A stretch of DNA of 62,936 bases, filler included, from Perkinsus chesapeaki ATCC PRA-425 (taxonomy: Eukaryota; Protista; Perkinsozoa), in assembly GCA_013115145.1 (NCBI GenBank). It is 8 parts of 8 records of this genome, joined end to end, with 100 filler letters (N's around TTAATTAATTAA, not from the genome) between each part and the next. Parts side by side here need not be neighbours in the genome. Positions count along the whole stretch, not along the records: positions 25,470 to 39,419 come from JAAPAO010000769.1; positions 39,520 to 44,201 come from JAAPAO010001241.1; positions 44,302 to 45,617 come from JAAPAO010002043.1; positions 45,718 to 47,088 come from JAAPAO010002009.1; positions 47,189 to 61,442 come from JAAPAO010000758.1; 3 more parts are not named here. One strand, given 5' to 3'. The position numbers were made by a program, and so were the translations under genes. The notes under the pieces are model-generated. The model ran no database searches and was not told the DNA's origin. It saw only the letters and a list, made by a program, of their open reading frames with translations. This document shows, one piece after another, positions 37,167 to 47,940 of the stretch. The first letter of the stretch is position 1; the number at the start of each line of letters is the position of its first letter.

Positions 37167-37213
37167 TGATAATCTGTCGCCATATGATACTATCATATGG
37201 CGACAGATTATCA
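37167..37213. repeat. Perfect palindrome: 23-bp arms with 1-nt spacer
   Basis: tgataatctgtcgccatatgata-c-tatcatatggcgacagattatca. Confidence 0.95.
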
Positions 37214-37359
37214 TAATGATAGAAATATTAGGCTTACTCTAAGCCGCTCAGACTGTCAGGGTGTGACAGCCCGGCTGTTGACACTGATCCGTCGCGTATG
37301 AGGTACCCCTGATACGTCTTTTTACGAGATGGAATTTAAAGCAAATGGCATTGTTCCGT

Positions 37360-37590
37360 AGGATTTCGATGTTGTTTGAGGCTCTTCGATCAGGCTTGCC
37401 ACAAACATTGTGTTTCACCACTGAACGAATGAGCCCAACGGCCAGTATATGGGAGCGACAACGTTTGTAAGCTCGTGGCGGCACTGTTTTAACACTTTTC
37501 CAGGCTGAAGTGACTTCAATGAAGTCGCAGCCCTACTGGCAGTACTCTTGCCCCTCTTTGCACTGACCGACGTAATGCACAGGATGGTCC
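37360..37590 (+). pseudogene. Diverged duplicate of the 3' exons and last intron of the PAP2 gene (about 30480-30700)
   Basis: Shares gctcttcgat, cggccagtatatgggagcgacaac, intron gtaagctcg...cttttccag, gaagtcgcagcc and ggcagtactcttgcccct. Contains stops and indels. Confidence 0.8.
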
Positions 37591-37913
37591 ATATGATGAG
37601 TCATGTGAGTGCTTCAGGACCCAGCCAATCGTACTTACAATACACAGCAGTCACGAGCTGTGAATATTGAGCGTCCTGTGCGGCCAAGCGCGCTGTTAGT
37701 AGTGAATATGCGTGCAGGCGGCCTTTATCTGAGCGTGTTTAATGAGCGTGGGCGTTTAGTTGTACGCGTGCTCCAGGCTGTTCACTGCTTATTCTTTTTA
37801 TCTCCCTGCCCGTAGTCATGTTGAGTTCCACCAGTGGGCACGCCCTACAGTCCCGTATAACTGCTTTGAACTGAAGAAACCCAACACGATTATTCCATCA
37901 GAAACGTCACTTA

Positions 37914-38978
37914 TCAAATCATGAAGGAACCGCTCTTCTCCGAGAACAGTGCAATTGCGTGCACGACTCTAACAAGCTCATTTGCGCTGAGTAGACGAAC
38001 ACCTTCGAGAACTTGTCGGCAAAAAGCAGACGTCCATGCTACACCAAGAAGCTCCGATTGCCCGATGCACCAAAGAGCAGCAACACACACCTTCAGATCA
38101 GCGCCATTTTTCGCGATTTGTGCGAGAAGTCTTCCGCGCAACACCTTCGCTTGGCTTGGCAAAGTAGACGAGCTTAACGCGAGAAGCGCCGCGGTCATAA
38201 GCTGAGACTGCAGAGTCTTCGCAGTGTGAAGCTGCTGAGCAACAATCTCCAGCACTTCCGAGTCGTCCCTGTAAACGTACAGCAGTTTTATCAACGAGGA
38301 AACAGATAAACGACCATCAAGCGATCCCGCTATGACGGATAACTCTTGTGAACCCGGAAGAGGCCCCCCGATGCAATGCAGAATCGATACCATTTGTTCC
38401 GGGTTTAGCTTGTCCATGTTGGCTAGCGTCCAGTTGGTCAGCCAAGCTTGAACTAGATTCTTCTGCCGGAGACTGCCGAAATTCACCAGCGTACTTGCGA
38501 GGCGGGAAACCATCTCGGAGTCGAATGTGTTCGATGGGCCACTCCTGATGGTTTCTATGACCCATTGGAAGCCTTCAGCCCAGTCGAGCGTTCCATAGGC
38601 GAAGGCGACTGTGCAGAGTGACTTGGAATTTGTTCGGGCCATCAAAACGGCGTGGACTTTCTTAAGTGTATCGGCGTCTCGCCAACCACCAAGTGCAAGA
38701 GTTAGTGCAATCCGAGCTGCAAGGTTGCAGTCATTCGTCAGCACAGCTGACCGGAGCGCCTCACGGAACTCGGCAACCATGCGGGAATCGCCCCACTTGT
38801 GCGCTCCGGCTTGAATGAGAATCGATCCAGATCTCGCCAAAGCGTGAGCGTCGTCTTCATCCAACGCTCCTCGAGGGCGTTGTGTGGCAATGTATTGGAG
38901 AAGCTCGTGGGGCTTCGAACGCAGAGTGTTGAGGGCTTTCGAGAATGATGATAAATGACATGAAATTAGGCGAAGCAT
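37914..38978 (-). CDS. Intronless helical-repeat protein (HPR/OPR/FASTK-like), probably mitochondrion-targeted
   Basis: Presequence-like MLRLISCHLSSFSKALNTLRS and repeated amphipathic units (LAARIALTLALGGWRD, SLCTVAFAYGTLDW, QMVSILHCIG, ELVRVVHAIA). Confidence 0.5.
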   Translation of the reverse strand: MLRLISCHLSSFSKALNTLRSKPHELLQYIATQRPRGALDEDDAHALARSGSILIQAGAHKWGDSRMVAEFREALRSAVLTNDCNLAARIALTLALGGWRDADTLKKVHAVLMARTNSKSLCTVAFAYGTLDWAEGFQWVIETIRSGPSNTFDSEMVSRLASTLVNFGSLRQKNLVQAWLTNWTLANMDKLNPEQMVSILHCIGGPLPGSQELSVIAGSLDGRLSVSSLIKLLYVYRDDSEVLEIVAQQLHTAKTLQSQLMTAALLALSSSTLPSQAKVLRGRLLAQIAKNGADLKVCVAALWCIGQSELLGVAWTSAFCRQVLEGVRLLSANELVRVVHAIALFSEKSGSFMI

Positions 38979-39346
38979 GCTGAAATCGAAGTTACAATAG
39001 CGGGGCCCGAAATCCTCTCATCGAGGGCGACCAAGAAAAAAATGGCGCAGCTTAAAAAGTACAAATTGTTTTCCCCACGCACTCGGTAGAATGAGAAACG
39101 CTCTCGAGTCGCAAGTTTCTTCAGGATGCCATCGTGGAGTTCAGTCTCGGGCCGAGGCTCTCAGCTGCGTCATTCGAGTAGTGTTTGGGACTTCAAATAC
39201 GACGACGACACACGTGCGGGGCATTGTAACCGGAAGGGGAAGCTCTCTCGGGAAGGACATCATACCTCTCCTCCGTGGTCGTAGGAGTTTTTCAACTCCT
39301 ATTTCGACGTAACTTCAATTTCGACGAAATTTACGTTGAGGTTACC

Positions 39347-39419
39347 GTTTAGTATCGGCCACTTCAATATACCCTGGGAGGTGGTAGTGGTGGTTTAGTA
39401 TCGGCCACTTCAATATACC
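39347..39419. repeat. 27-bp direct repeat, two copies, at contig end
   Basis: gtttagtatcggccacttcaatatacc at 39347-39373 and 39393-39419. Confidence 0.85.
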
Positions 39420-39519
39420 NNNNNNNNNNNNNNNNNNNNNNNNNNNNNNNNNNNNNNNNNNNNTTAATTAATTAANNNNNNNNNNNNNNNNNNNNNNNNN
39501 NNNNNNNNNNNNNNNNNNN

Positions 39520-42248
39520 CAAGTGATGACGCTATTGGAGGAGCACTATACCGTTGTAACGGAAAGGCTACCGAGATCGACGCCGAAGACCTCAAGGATT
39601 TTCGCAAGAGTTCCCTGGTAGCGGTATTCTCCAAGGCGCTTGATACCCATCAACGTAATTGGGCAACTTATGAAAAGGAAGTATTTAGTGTTCTGACCGG
39701 TATGACCCGTTGGTACAGGCTATTAGTAGCCACTACAAGACCGACCACCAAGGGTGACCCCATGGCCATACCTAAGATATTAATCCTAACTGACAGCATG
39801 GTGTGTATGTATAGGTGGAAGGACTTCAAACTTCCGGAGTCCCCACTGAGTTCGATAAAGAGCAGAAGGTTCCTAGGTTGGTGCGAGACTGTTGCCTCAT
39901 GGCAAGCTCTACCCTATGTCGTTAAGCACTGCAAGGGACTGTCTAATGATTTCGCCGACCTGCTATCCAGGTGGGTAGCTAGGCCCTCTGTCGCAGATAC
40001 CAAGAAGAAACCTACATCCACAACAACCCCATGCCTAATCAACAACATCGTCAACAAGCCTAACATTGAGGAAGCCTTCAACCTGACCGACCTGCAAGCG
40101 GAGATGGTGGCCGAGGCCCTCTACAAGGACAATAGCAGCTTCAATGGTATCCGCATTAAGGACATCTACTCTATCGCCACTAGGAAGAACGACACAGATC
40201 TGCCTCCTGCTACTAAAGAAAGAGTGAGAAGATGGTTGGACGACAAACTGTTCGTGGTGAAAGGTGAAGCTGCACAACTACTCTATACGACGCCAATAAC
40301 AAGGAGCCATGGTGGAGACGAGGACGACGACCTTGGACAAGACCGTGGAAAGTATTTATTGGTGATCCCCGATGACTGCAAGATCGATTTGACGAATGTA
40401 CCGGACCCGTACGACGACCCGGACATGAAGCGATCTATACTTTATCTAACCCATGATACCCTCATGGGGGCTCATGGTAACTCCGAGTCTATGGCAGCTA
40501 AGATACTAGACTTCTGTTGGTGGCCCAAGCTTCTGGCAGACTGTCGACAACATCGTCTACGATGCCCTATATGTAAACCCTCCGTATTTAAGATGGCGGT
40601 AGGAAGGTTACCTAGTACTAGGAAAAGATTCCAATCGTATGCCATTGACCACAAGGAGATCCCTACTACACTCAAGGAAAGGCTTAATCTGCCCTCCGAG
40701 AGCGCTATTCTATCTGCAACCGACATTGGTACAGGAGAAGTACTATTCCAGTATGTTCCAGATCATAGCTCACGTCAAGTGGTTATATTCCTGTGGACGA
40801 GGATTCTCTCTGTACACGGCCAGATAGGAAGATTATGCTCAGATCAAGGAAGTTCTTTGACGTCTGAGGTATTAGCAGACTTATCTAAATTGGTTGGTTA
40901 TGAAGTCTGCACTACCAGCAGCCGAAACCCTCGAGCTAATGGTCGAGTTGAACGAGCACATCGATCGCTAGGTGTGATACTCGATACTATGATACAAGCT
41001 GGTGACGGTAAGGACGTGGATGATCTCAAGGTATACCTGGCGGCTGCTGAATGCCGAGCCAACCACAAGAAGGACAACGGCGAAGGTATATCTGTCCACG
41101 GGGCTGTCTACGGCCAGCACCCTAACCCAATCAGACGAAGTAATCTGGAAGACGAAGATTCAGCTGAGGAGATCACGGCTGATGATGTGATACAGATCGG
41201 TAAGGTGGCCCGCCTAGCCACGGAAGAACTAGCTAACCGAAGAGACGTGAAGGCCCACTACAACGCCGCCTATAGAATCGCCCAAGGACACGTGGGTAAG
41301 GAGCCTGATATTAAATTAGGTGACCAAGTACTACACAATGGAGTTGAGGATGTGGTGTCTAAGATCTACTACGCCGACAACAGCGACAAACCGACTGTGG
41401 TTATCCTCGATTCCGGTCTAAAGGTTCCCGTGTCTGAACTCAAGCCACTGCCTGATAAGAGACCTATTCATCTACCTACCAATGCTATAGACAACGACAA
41501 GGTGGGAGAGGATGACTTTGCTTTGATCAAGGCCAGTGACGACAAAGTATTAGTGGTGAAGGTTATCTCCAAGTCCGCAAATAATGATCTGCAATGTCAC
41601 GTCCACGACGCCGGCGACAAGGGATCGGTATTCCTACCCTTATGGATATCAGACGGAGTCTACAAGCGCTCAAAGGCGTCGCCGCCTGGCTCGAGTCCAT
41701 CTATGATCACTACTACTATGGACAAGGTTCTGTTCAAGGTTGAACTTAATCGCTCGGGAAGGATGAACTCTGCCAGCCGTGACAGGATGCACGCGATGCA
41801 CGTGCAGCACGTGGCTAACTGAAGAGGATTTGAGAAGATGATGCTCCTACTATTCTAATTAGTTACTAATATAAGTCAAGTGATTTCTGTCTTTACTGTA
41901 TTGACTCCATCCCGATGGTCGTCAATAGGGGGCTCCTGTAACGCTCCATCCATCCCTTGACTATATCGATCAGTATGGCTAGCGCCAACTTATGTGACTG
42001 GCAGTTTCACGGTTTCGCTTTGCCGAGGAACAAGCTGAGGCCAGTACTCTGAACTATTGTATATCGGAATGTTCTTAGTGAAGTAGAACTGTATTGTTGT
42101 TATTTGCAGTAATTTCCCCAATACTTTCCGATCTCCCTACGATCCCCTAACGGTCTCTCAATCGATCGTATCTGCGGCTCCACATCAACTATATTGGTAT
42201 ATCCTATATTAGCATCAACTATTTCGTTATAGATCCGGAGGTGTTACG
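39520..42248 (+). mobile_element. Ty3/gypsy-like LTR retrotransposon 2, 3' part (RNase H, integrase, PPT, 3' LTR about 41937-42248)
   Basis: FSKALDTHQRNWATYEKE, ILTDS and SNDFADLLSR (RNase H). HDTLMGAHG...CPIC, AIDHK, SDQGS and NGRVERAHR (integrase). aatagggggctcc is followed by TGTAAC, and a candidate right end gttacg lies at 42243-42248. Confidence 0.88.
39702..41822 (+). CDS. Pol fragment (RNase H end plus integrase with long C-terminal extension); frame open upstream to contig start
   Basis: 706-aa ORF with HHCC and D-D-E motifs. Confidence 0.88.
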   Translation: MTRWYRLLVATTRPTTKGDPMAIPKILILTDSMVCMYRWKDFKLPESPLSSIKSRRFLGWCETVASWQALPYVVKHCKGLSNDFADLLSRWVARPSVADTKKKPTSTTTPCLINNIVNKPNIEEAFNLTDLQAEMVAEALYKDNSSFNGIRIKDIYSIATRKNDTDLPPATKERVRRWLDDKLFVVKGEAAQLLYTTPITRSHGGDEDDDLGQDRGKYLLVIPDDCKIDLTNVPDPYDDPDMKRSILYLTHDTLMGAHGNSESMAAKILDFCWWPKLLADCRQHRLRCPICKPSVFKMAVGRLPSTRKRFQSYAIDHKEIPTTLKERLNLPSESAILSATDIGTGEVLFQYVPDHSSRQVVIFLWTRILSVHGQIGRLCSDQGSSLTSEVLADLSKLVGYEVCTTSSRNPRANGRVERAHRSLGVILDTMIQAGDGKDVDDLKVYLAAAECRANHKKDNGEGISVHGAVYGQHPNPIRRSNLEDEDSAEEITADDVIQIGKVARLATEELANRRDVKAHYNAAYRIAQGHVGKEPDIKLGDQVLHNGVEDVVSKIYYADNSDKPTVVILDSGLKVPVSELKPLPDKRPIHLPTNAIDNDKVGEDDFALIKASDDKVLVVKVISKSANNDLQCHVHDAGDKGSVFLPLWISDGVYKRSKASPPGSSPSMITTTMDKVLFKVELNRSGRMNSASRDRMHAMHVQHVAN

Positions 42249-42978
42249 TTATTGAGTCATCATGGTTATCTATTCCAGTACAACCATCAGAAAATATCGG
42301 CTTGGTACTATAAAGGGATACAGCGGACACGAGACAATCACACCTACTCGATTGAACTCATGGAAAGCCTCAACACATAGTACTACTTGAGCGGAAAATC
42401 ATCCTGCGGGAGTTCCTTTACCCAAGACGCGCGTTCCTGCCGGAACGACGCGGTGGGTAGGTGTTTTCTAGCACCGACCAGTGTGAAGGAATGCATCGAA
42501 ATACAAGTTATGAAGAGTATAGCTATCAGCCAAAAAGTGGAACATCCGCGTCACAAGGACACGTACAGGGTAGAGAAGCAGAGGAAAGCAGAGAGATTCT
42601 GCGTCTAAAGCTCAGTTTGGAGCGCAGGGCCACCCTGCCAGGGTGCGTGCCAACCGACTCTCTCTCGCCGCAAAAAGAGGAAAAGTTATCTCACTCTTGG
42701 ATTCAGACGACAATCTACATTAACCTCATGCAATTAACAGTTTTGCTAGTAAGAGATGTGTGAAGTGTTTGTGTGAGATAAGGATGGGCCAACTGGCCAC
42801 CGGACGTAATTCTACTGGATCAAATGGGCTTGTTCGCGCGCAAGGTGACATGTCTTTCTCGCTCGCCAGTTAGCATGTAGATCTCGCTCGCCTAATGTAA
42901 CGGTTCCAAACCGTTTCAGTTCTGAGCAACCAGCCTCTTAATTAAATAAAAACTATTATTCGTATTCAATCACTTATC

Positions 42979-44201
42979 ATGCCTAACAGCTCTTCTTCAA
43001 GTGTTGAGTCTACCAGTTCGGGGGTTATTGCAAACATGGTGGAGAACCCTGGTCTAAGCGATGATGAAGTTACGCCCTTCTTATCGTTCCTGGAAATTGA
43101 CAACGCCCAAATGGTCAGGTGGATCGAGCCCGATGAGATTGAAGCAGCCAAGTTACTAAGGCAAAGTTACTTCTAGGAAAGAAGGCCTCATTTCGCAAAG
43201 TCTACAACTACCTCAGAGCCCACTTCGTCATTCCTGATCCTGCCCCGAATACTTCCACTCAACCTACTCCTATCCAAACCCCTCCTCCTAATCCAAGCCA
43301 TCTGCCAACAGCAGCAGCTATATCACCTTCGGTACCACCACCCTCTTCAAGCCCAAACCTATCCAACAACCACGTCAACGATCTCACCAACGTCTCATAC
43401 TGGTGTGATCCGCTAACTAACTATGATCATGAACTTAAGTATACTTCTACAAAAGCCATATCCTCTGTAGCACACCTAAAGTGCCCAGATGATACTCCCT
43501 ACAATGGTCACTCCGATCCTAGAAGCATCAATTACGTTCTCTCGCTTATACGTTACGAAGTGAAGCAGAACGGATTGGGCCCTAGGATGACCTTCCAACT
43601 TCTATCCCTTGGCTTATCTTCAAAATACATATGCATCGTCAAATTCCCATGCAGAGGTCATGCTCTACTTGGATACCGTAGTGATGCAACCAAATGACAC
43701 TAATGTCTACTCTACTCTTACAGATTGGAATCTGCTATAGCCATGTGCCACAGTGTTGGTTTATTCTTGCAGCCCAGTCAGATCAACACACAATATAGAA
43801 AAGGTTTGAACCCTACACTCCAGAAGGTTGCCGACGAGCTCTATGCTTCTGTTGCTGATGTTCAAGTACTAACACAGTCGTTACGGACTCACATTCGCCG
43901 TAACCCTGGCATATTCTCGCAGTTCTCTACAACCACTACTGTTAAGCCATCGCCAACTACTAGCACTCCAACTAATCCAACTACTTCAACGCCATCGTCT
44001 TCCACTCTATCTACTACATCGAAAGCTCCAATAGCTAGGGTAGAAGATCCGGTCACCATCAAGCTGTGCCGAGAGCAACATATCTGCCTGGCCTGGACAG
44101 CAAGAAAACAATGTAGGCATGGTGATGCATGTAAATACAAACATGCAGAGGTTGTTCGATGTGTACAAGAAGCTCAACAAATAACCACGTCTACTACAAG
44201 T
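42979..44201 (+). mobile_element. Degenerate gag/ORF1-like sequence with C-terminal CCCH zinc finger
   Basis: Broken frames give MPNSSSS...; LGKKASFRKVYNYLR...YNGHSDPRSINYVL; QYRKGLNPTLQ; and CLAWTARKQCRHGDACKYKH (C-x8-C-x5-C-x3-H). Truncated by the linker. Confidence 0.55.
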
Positions 44202-44303
44202 NNNNNNNNNNNNNNNNNNNNNNNNNNNNNNNNNNNNNNNNNNNNTTAATTAATTAANNNNNNNNNNNNNNNNNNNNNNNNNNNNNNNNNNNNNNNNNNN
44301 NCT

Positions 44304-45599
44304 ACAAGAAGGGAAATACGTAGCTCACTGGCCACTTTCAAGGATAAGTTTCACGCTCTGGGATCCTATGTGGTGGCGAAGGATCCGGCAGATTTCGTAT
44401 GCGACTTCTTTGGGCTCCCTCGAAGTGTCAGTAGTATTGCGGCATCCGAGTCTATAGTGCTAGGAATGGACCATGGTGGTGGCTCTATCAAGGTCGTTGC
44501 TAGACCCTATGGGTTATCTGGTGGGCATGGATGCCTAGTGTTGCTGCATAGTGGGAAGGACTCGAGATGCGCAGCGGAAGAGATCATGAAGGAACTCGGG
44601 TCCCTCTCACAGAGATTTCGAGTCTGGTTCAGCGGAGACAACAAGCAACTACAATTCTTGATGGGTACTGCCGCTAGCGCATGTTGGCAATGTGGAGTCG
44701 TCGAAAAGAGAGTCGATGGCCGGCATACCTACCAGCTTGACGCCTCCGTTAACCGCTGGGATAATGCTGTGGAGTGGAAGAAACAGTACGCCTTGAAGTG
44801 TTCGCGCCTTAAGCGCCCCCCTGCCCATTTCAATGGCCAGAAATTTGATCCTCTGGTGGATAGGGGGTCTGTGTTGCTCCCGTGGCTACACATTCTCATG
44901 GGTATTTGCAGAAATGTCTTCGATCACATGATTCGAAATGGGGCGCGCCGCGGTGACCTTGAGGCCTTCCTGCAGAGCAAGCTGAGCATAACTCCTACTA
45001 AACCCATCGCTGGTAGTACGCTTGAAAAGACCAACGTTCTAGGATATACTGGAAAAGACTGTAAATTAGTTTTAGACAGGATCGACGAGCTTAAGAACGG
45101 CTTTAATGATATGCCTAAAGGTCACGAGTCATTCAAGGTCCTCGAGAGCCTACAACAAGTCCGGTTGGCACTCATGAAGCCTAGGTCCGAGACTCGATTG
45201 GAGCTTGCCATCAACGAGTTCAAAAGTCTCTATATCGATGGTGGTTTCAACCCTAGCTTAGTAGTGCATTTGTTGGTTGCTCACGGTTCGGAGTTGTATG
45301 CGGCACACAGCGAAAGTGGTTTGCGCTTGCTGACAGAGGAGCTTGTTGAGCGTATTCATTCCGAGATCAATGAGATCAAGAACAGGTCACAACTTGAGGG
45401 AGATCTCCTGAGCCAGATAAGCCGATGGAATTGGCAGTACTCCACTGTGGAACAAGAGTGTTTGTCGACCCCATTGCCTAAACGTTGTCGCAAGCCGGCA
45501 CGCCAGTCGCCACAGCTAGACCTCAAGGGTTTGTCGTCATCCAGCGGTCCGTCCAGAGCTGTCGAACGCTCAGACTCAGAGTACGTTGAATCAGAATGA
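44304..45599 (+). mobile_element. DDE transposase of the Chapaev/Transib/RAG1-like group, 5'-truncated
   Basis: GMDHGGGSIK, SGDNKQLQFLMG, CWQC, LLPWLHILMG, YTGKDC, HLLVAH and TEELVERIH occur in the conserved order. The frame is open from the contig start. Confidence 0.75.
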
Positions 45600-45717
45600 T
45601 ATTTTCTGTAATGACACNNNNNNNNNNNNNNNNNNNNNNNNNNNNNNNNNNNNNNNNNNNNTTAATTAATTAANNNNNNNNNNNNNNNNNNNNNNNNNNN
45701 NNNNNNNNNNNNNNNNN

Positions 45718-47088
45718 GAGTCGAACGAGGAGCCATTCCACACAACAATGTGCAATGCTGCGGACCTGAGAAACATAAAGCCCAGGAAATTGTGAGGATT
45801 CATCTTCAACAACACCAGACATTCTTTAAGTCAGTAACTATAGTTAGTAACAGTAGTAGCAGCGAGTGAGAGAAAGAATATCAGCTTATCAATAAACGCT
45901 AAGCTTTGTGTGTGCTGTCCCAAGTTGGGACTCTCAACCTATGGGGACAGAGACTCTGTCACAGAGTCCAGTACACATTGCTCAAGATAGATAATCGATT
46001 AGTCGGGCTGGCGCGAACGGCATGGCGCCGTTTCACACGTGTGCACATAAATCTTTAGCGGTTCAGCTTCACATGCCCCCCCAGCTGAAGATTTATGCAA
46101 CACCGATTGATTGAAGCCAAGCCATCACTGCTTGAGGTATGCGACGTTGACGAGTAGGCTTAAATGCACCCAATATTCTTGAGGTAGGAACTGCCCAAGT
46201 AAATTCATCTCTTTCTTTCATCAGGGGCCGTTGCCATCTACCGTTAGACGACTTGTTGAGGCCGATAACAACGATTTCATCAGATGAGTCATCGCTCTTT
46301 ACATACTCGCTAATATAGAAGGTTCTTACAGGCTCTAACTCTTCAGACTTCTCATCAGTAAATGTAACTACAAAATCTCCTTGTTTGAGATCTTTAAGTT
46401 GTATATTCAGGTCATCTGGTAAACTAGTTCTATGCATTGATGCTAGATATGCTCTAGCTGGGAGCGTAGCACTATCAAACCGCTTTTGGGCCAAGGGGTA
46501 TTGATATCTCAAAAGTTGACCAATATTATACCAATGGGGTGAGCCTTGCAGCTTGTATAAATAGGGGTTGTTCTCATGCTTACTCTCTATTTTGTAGGGA
46601 CCAGTAACCTGTCTTCTCCCGTCTACCACTCGAGTTAGTCTCACCAATTGTCCTGGTTCATAAGCTGGAGGAGTACCATATTGTGCTAATGATGACATCT
46701 CTTTCTGGTGGGCCTTGTCGTTCCTCCATGCTTGCATCAGCAAGAAGCGGTCTTCTATATCACCACGTAGCTGATTCCATTCTTCTATCATATTGATATT
46801 TTTATCATCAGATTCATCTGGCAGACCGTCCATAAATCCAAAAGGGCGATCCTGGCCAAGACATAGCTCAAAGGGGCTCATTCCAATCTCTGGATCTGGG
46901 GAGCTATTGTGTATCAGAACTCCAGTTTGAATAGATACCCAATAAGGAATAGTAAGTCCATCAGTGCTATGCTTCTTGTCACTCAAGCGACAACTCGTTT
47001 TCAGTTCACCTATCACTCCCGACACCGTTAGAAGAGAAAGACTCCAGCGGAAGCATCGCTGTGAAGCGAGTTGTGACTCACAACTTGT
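45718..47088 (-). mobile_element. LTR retrotransposon 3, 3' fragment (integrase C-terminus 46093-47025, PPT, LTR starting at 46073)
   Basis: HNSSPDPEIGMSPFELCLG and YEPGQLV...VTGPYKI (GPY/F module). On the minus strand ctggggggca precedes TGTGAAG. Confidence 0.8.
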
Positions 47089-47897
47089 NNNNNNNNNNNN
47101 NNNNNNNNNNNNNNNNNNNNNNNNNNNNNNNNTTAATTAATTAANNNNNNNNNNNNNNNNNNNNNNNNNNNNNNNNNNNNNNNNNNNNGCGAGCACCGGT
47201 GTGTCGCCCAGATCCAAGGTCTAGTGGCAGACAAATGTTTGCCCTCCCATCCCGCCCAGTTTCTCTTCAGGCATTTCCCTGGAAATGCGACATCTGGGAA
47301 GGAACGGAGCTCCATCCCATGGGTGCTTCCGCTCCTGACTAGCATTTCCCAACGCCCACTACTGTTGAGCAACCGAGCACGCGCCATTTGATTATCATTC
47401 AAAGACCATTGACGGACTTTAGCCCGCCTGGTAAGTTACCACCATTGGTAACCATTCCAGAAACGATACTGCGTTAGAGGATCTTGAAACTGCGAATCGC
47501 CATCTAGAGGCGCCACGAGCCAACGACGAAAAAATACTGTTCGACTTTGTTACGTACTCGATGAAGCATCCAAGCCTTCTGCTGCACACGAGTAACCAGA
47601 ACGCGGCAAGCTCTCGAATTCAGGGGTAATGATTACTCAGTAATCCTTCTAGCATCACCATCAGGAAGGCTTGCGGTTATTTAAATTGAATAATTTAATT
47701 GGAACGAACCCCCGCCAATGACACACCTTGAGACACTCGCTCCATCTGCGTAATGCTAGAAACTATGGTAGGTGCATTGAAGGTTCTTAAGGACTTAACT
47801 TTGTTAAGCTGTTCATGTCATATTAGTTGTGGTTCATAGTTGCTCATGTCCATGCTCGATGTTCCACCGGAGTTGGTTTTCAAAAGTTAACTTCCCA

Positions 47898-47940
47898 CGA
47901 GCTTCGGTTTTATTTTTTCAAAAAATAAAACCGAAGCTCG
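47898..47940. repeat. Perfect palindrome: 21-bp arms with 1-nt spacer
   Basis: cgagcttcggttttatttttt-c-aaaaaataaaaccgaagctcg. Confidence 0.95.

Noticed and set aside
39347-39419. Repeat-spacer-repeat (27/19/27 nt) resembling a mini CRISPR array
   Set aside because: Only two repeats, a short spacer, eukaryotic context, no cas genes, and it sits at a contig end.
39520-47088. Apparent dense transposon island
   Set aside because: It is made of three separate contigs joined by artificial linkers.
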